Source: an uncultured Planctomycetia bacterium (GTDB lineage Bacteria; Omnitrophota; Gorgyraeia; Duberdicusellales; 4484-171). Taken from it: DNA of 32,188 bases. The notes below the pieces were generated by a model. That model worked only from the letters and a program-made list of their open reading frames with translations. It ran no database searches and was not told the DNA's origin. The stretch spans positions 689 through 32,876 of the forward strand of contig CAZGLF010000003.1 of assembly GCA_964526615.1 (NCBI GenBank), given 5' to 3'. This document shows positions 30,562-32,188 of this stretch, one piece after another (the stretch's first letter is position 1; each line of letters opens with the position of its first letter). The position numbers and the translations under genes are program-made.

Positions 30562-32188
30562 CGTAATATTACCGATAATTTCACAATACCTAATTTAATT
30601 TTTTTTATCTCTTCTTTTATTAACCTGCGATGCTCGACTCTCTTTTCACCCTTAATTATCAAGGAATAGCGGAATTTATCCCGTAATTTAAATGGCCTTT
30701 CTTCAACCGGCCCATAAATTTGGGTCACCTTGGGCTTAAGCCTATTATATAGATCTTGGGCTTTTTCGAAAAGCATGTTTTCATTTTTTGCACGTAGAGT
30801 TATTTTTGCTAATAAGCCATAAGGCGGCAAATTTAGCTTCTTTCTAAACTCTAACTCAATATCATAAAAATTACTCCAGTGCTCGTTAAGATGTTGAAAA
30901 AGATAATAATCTTTATTGTGGGTAAATACATAAAGGAATTCCTTAAAAATTGAAGAAAGTTTTTTCAGATAAACGAAAGCTTGAAAGGTTGCGTTATAAT
31001 TTGTGTTCGATAAAGAAATATCGGTATCTAGAACAAATCCGTAATCAAATTTCTTAAGTTCGTAAATATAGCTTAATATTTTTGATGTTGAAAGGATAAT
31101 CTGAGTTTCAGCCGAATGCTGCCCGAATTCGTCTATCCTTGCTTCAGGAAACGCTTGTTTTAATATTGAAGCAATTTTTTTAATACCCAGGCCGCGGCTT
31201 TTAATATACCCATTATGACATTTTTCACAAACTGCCGGTAAAGATTGCGTCTTATGGCAATAAGGGCAAATTGGCTCCTTCCCCTTTGCCGGAATTTGAA
31301 GAAAACCCGAGCAATGTTTACAGGTTAAAATTTCGCCACAAGATGAACATAAAAGAATTCTGGCTAGGCCTTTTCGGTTCCAAAGAACAACTGACTTTTT
31401 GTCTTCGCGTAAAGACTTATGCAATAATTCCGTTAATACCGGACCGATTATTTTATTTTTTGAGAATTTGCCTAAATTTATAAGTTTTATATTTTTCGTA
31501 TCTTGGGCTTTATCGATAAAATTTATTTTTTTTTCTTTCAAAAGAGAATATGTAATCAGAGAAGGATAATCCGCACTTGATATAAGCTGAATATTTTTTC
31601 CCCGAGCAAGCAGGTAAGCAACGTCTAGGAGATTATGAAAAGGCTTTTCCTCCTGAAAATAATATGGGCTGTTTTCTTCTTCGACAATCAATAACTCCAA
31701 ATCGAAAGGGTAATAAAATATTGATACCCGGGTGCCTAAAATCAATGCCTTACCCCGGCTTGCCTCCCAATTATTGAAAAGTTCTTTTTCTCTCATTTGG
31801 CTGTGTAAAGTTATAACTTTTGCACCAAATTCTGCTTCGATTATTTTTTTTGCGGCTTCAAGGTAAGTTAACTGGGGAAAACATATTAACACCGAACCTT
31901 TTTTTAGTTTTTCATTAATGATATCGCGTAAGAACTTATACCGCTGATAAAAATTATTTGCCCGAAAGAAAAGCTGCTGGGGCCTTTTTTTCTTTTTTAA
32001 AGGCTTTCTAACGAAAGCAAGGTCATACTTTCGTTTTTTCTTTAAGTATGCCGGTAGCATCATAAAAAGAAATTCTCCAACCGAATAAGGGTAAATATTT
32101 GCCAATTTTTTAGCAAATTTTATCTGTTCGGAATCTAAAACCGGGGAGGAATCCAAGGGCTCGATTATCGATTTTAACTTTTTAAATC
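30558..32188 (-). CDS. priA: Primosomal protein N' (PriA) homolog, 5'-partial, with degenerate ATPase motifs
   Basis: The PriA architecture is recognisable: HSQMREKELFNNW, ILGTRVSIF, an eight-Cys region (CSSC, CKHC, CPYC, CEKC) and the C-terminal LPPYG...IYGPVEERPFKLRDKFRY. The frame stays open upstream of the TTG at 32156 to the window end (..FKKLKSIIEPLDSS..), so the N-terminus lies outside the window. No GxxGxGK[ST] motif occurs anywhere in the visible part. Confidence 0.85.
   Translation of the reverse strand, partial: FKKLKSIIEPLDSSPVLDSEQIKFAKKLANIYPYSVGEFLFMMLPAYLKKKRKYDLAFVRKPLKKKKRPQQLFFRANNFYQRYKFLRDIINEKLKKGSVLICFPQLTYLEAAKKIIEAEFGAKVITLHSQMREKELFNNWEASRGKALILGTRVSIFYYPFDLELLIVEEENSPYYFQEEKPFHNLLDVAYLLARGKNIQLISSADYPSLITYSLLKEKKINFIDKAQDTKNIKLINLGKFSKNKIIGPVLTELLHKSLREDKKSVVLWNRKGLARILLCSSCGEILTCKHCSGFLQIPAKGKEPICPYCHKTQSLPAVCEKCHNGYIKSRGLGIKKIASILKQAFPEARIDEFGQHSAETQIILSTSKILSYIYELKKFDYGFVLDTDISLSNTNYNATFQAFVYLKKLSSIFKEFLYVFTHNKDYYLFQHLNEHWSNFYDIELEFRKKLNLPPYGLLAKITLRAKNENMLFEKAQDLYNRLKPKVTQIYGPVEERPFKLRDKFRYSLIIKGEKRVEHRRLIKEEIKKIKLGIVKLSVILR

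Noticed and set aside
1-32188. An alternative genetic code (UGA as Gly or Trp), as seen in some uncultured or reduced bacteria.
   Set aside because: TGA terminates many genes here (map, adk, secY, rplF, rplR, rpsQ, rplB, rpoB, rplA, rplK and priA). All conserved proteins are full length under the standard code.

Overview
This window is almost entirely one minus-strand block of core transcription and translation genes from an AT-rich bacterium (GC judged by eye, not computed). The standard genetic code applies, because TGA is used as a stop and never occurs in-frame. The gene order, read 5'->3' on the minus strand (high to low coordinates), is as follows. First come priA (partial, open to the window edge), fmt, acyP and ligA. 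Next is a small tRNA island: tRNA-Thr(GGU), rpmG, tRNA-Trp(CCA). The island is followed by secE, nusG, rplK, rplA, rplJ, rplL, rpoB, rpoC, rpsL, rpsG, fusA and tuf. The S10/spc block follows: rpsJ, rplC, rplD, rplW, rplB, rpsS, rplV, rpsC, rplP, rpmC, rpsQ, rplN, rplX, rplE, rpsN, rpsH, rplF, rplR, rpsE, rplO, secY, adk, map and infA. The window ends with a 237-nt non-coding tail that carries a direct repeat. Coding density is very high, and many junctions are 4-nt ATGA/TTGA overlaps or longer overlaps. I added three genes that are absent from the ORF track: rpmG (50 aa) and two tRNAs. I also trimmed four ORF-track N-terminal over-extensions (rplF, rpsN, ligA, rplA). I see no mobile elements, CRISPR array, defence genes or accessory genes, and I do not find support for a new multi-gene system here. 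The points worth a second look are modest. (1) The PriA homolog has every ATPase motif degenerate but keeps its Cys-rich zinc region. (2) L3 carries an in-frame acidic low-complexity insertion of about 75 aa. (3) A direct repeat of at least 92 nt with a 143-nt period sits where rpmJ-rpsM-rpsK would be expected, and this may be partly an assembly-edge effect. (4) The rpsJ-rplC spacer is unusually long (161 nt) and appears structured. (5) rpmD (L30) is absent. All protein identities come from by-eye motif recognition, not database searches.
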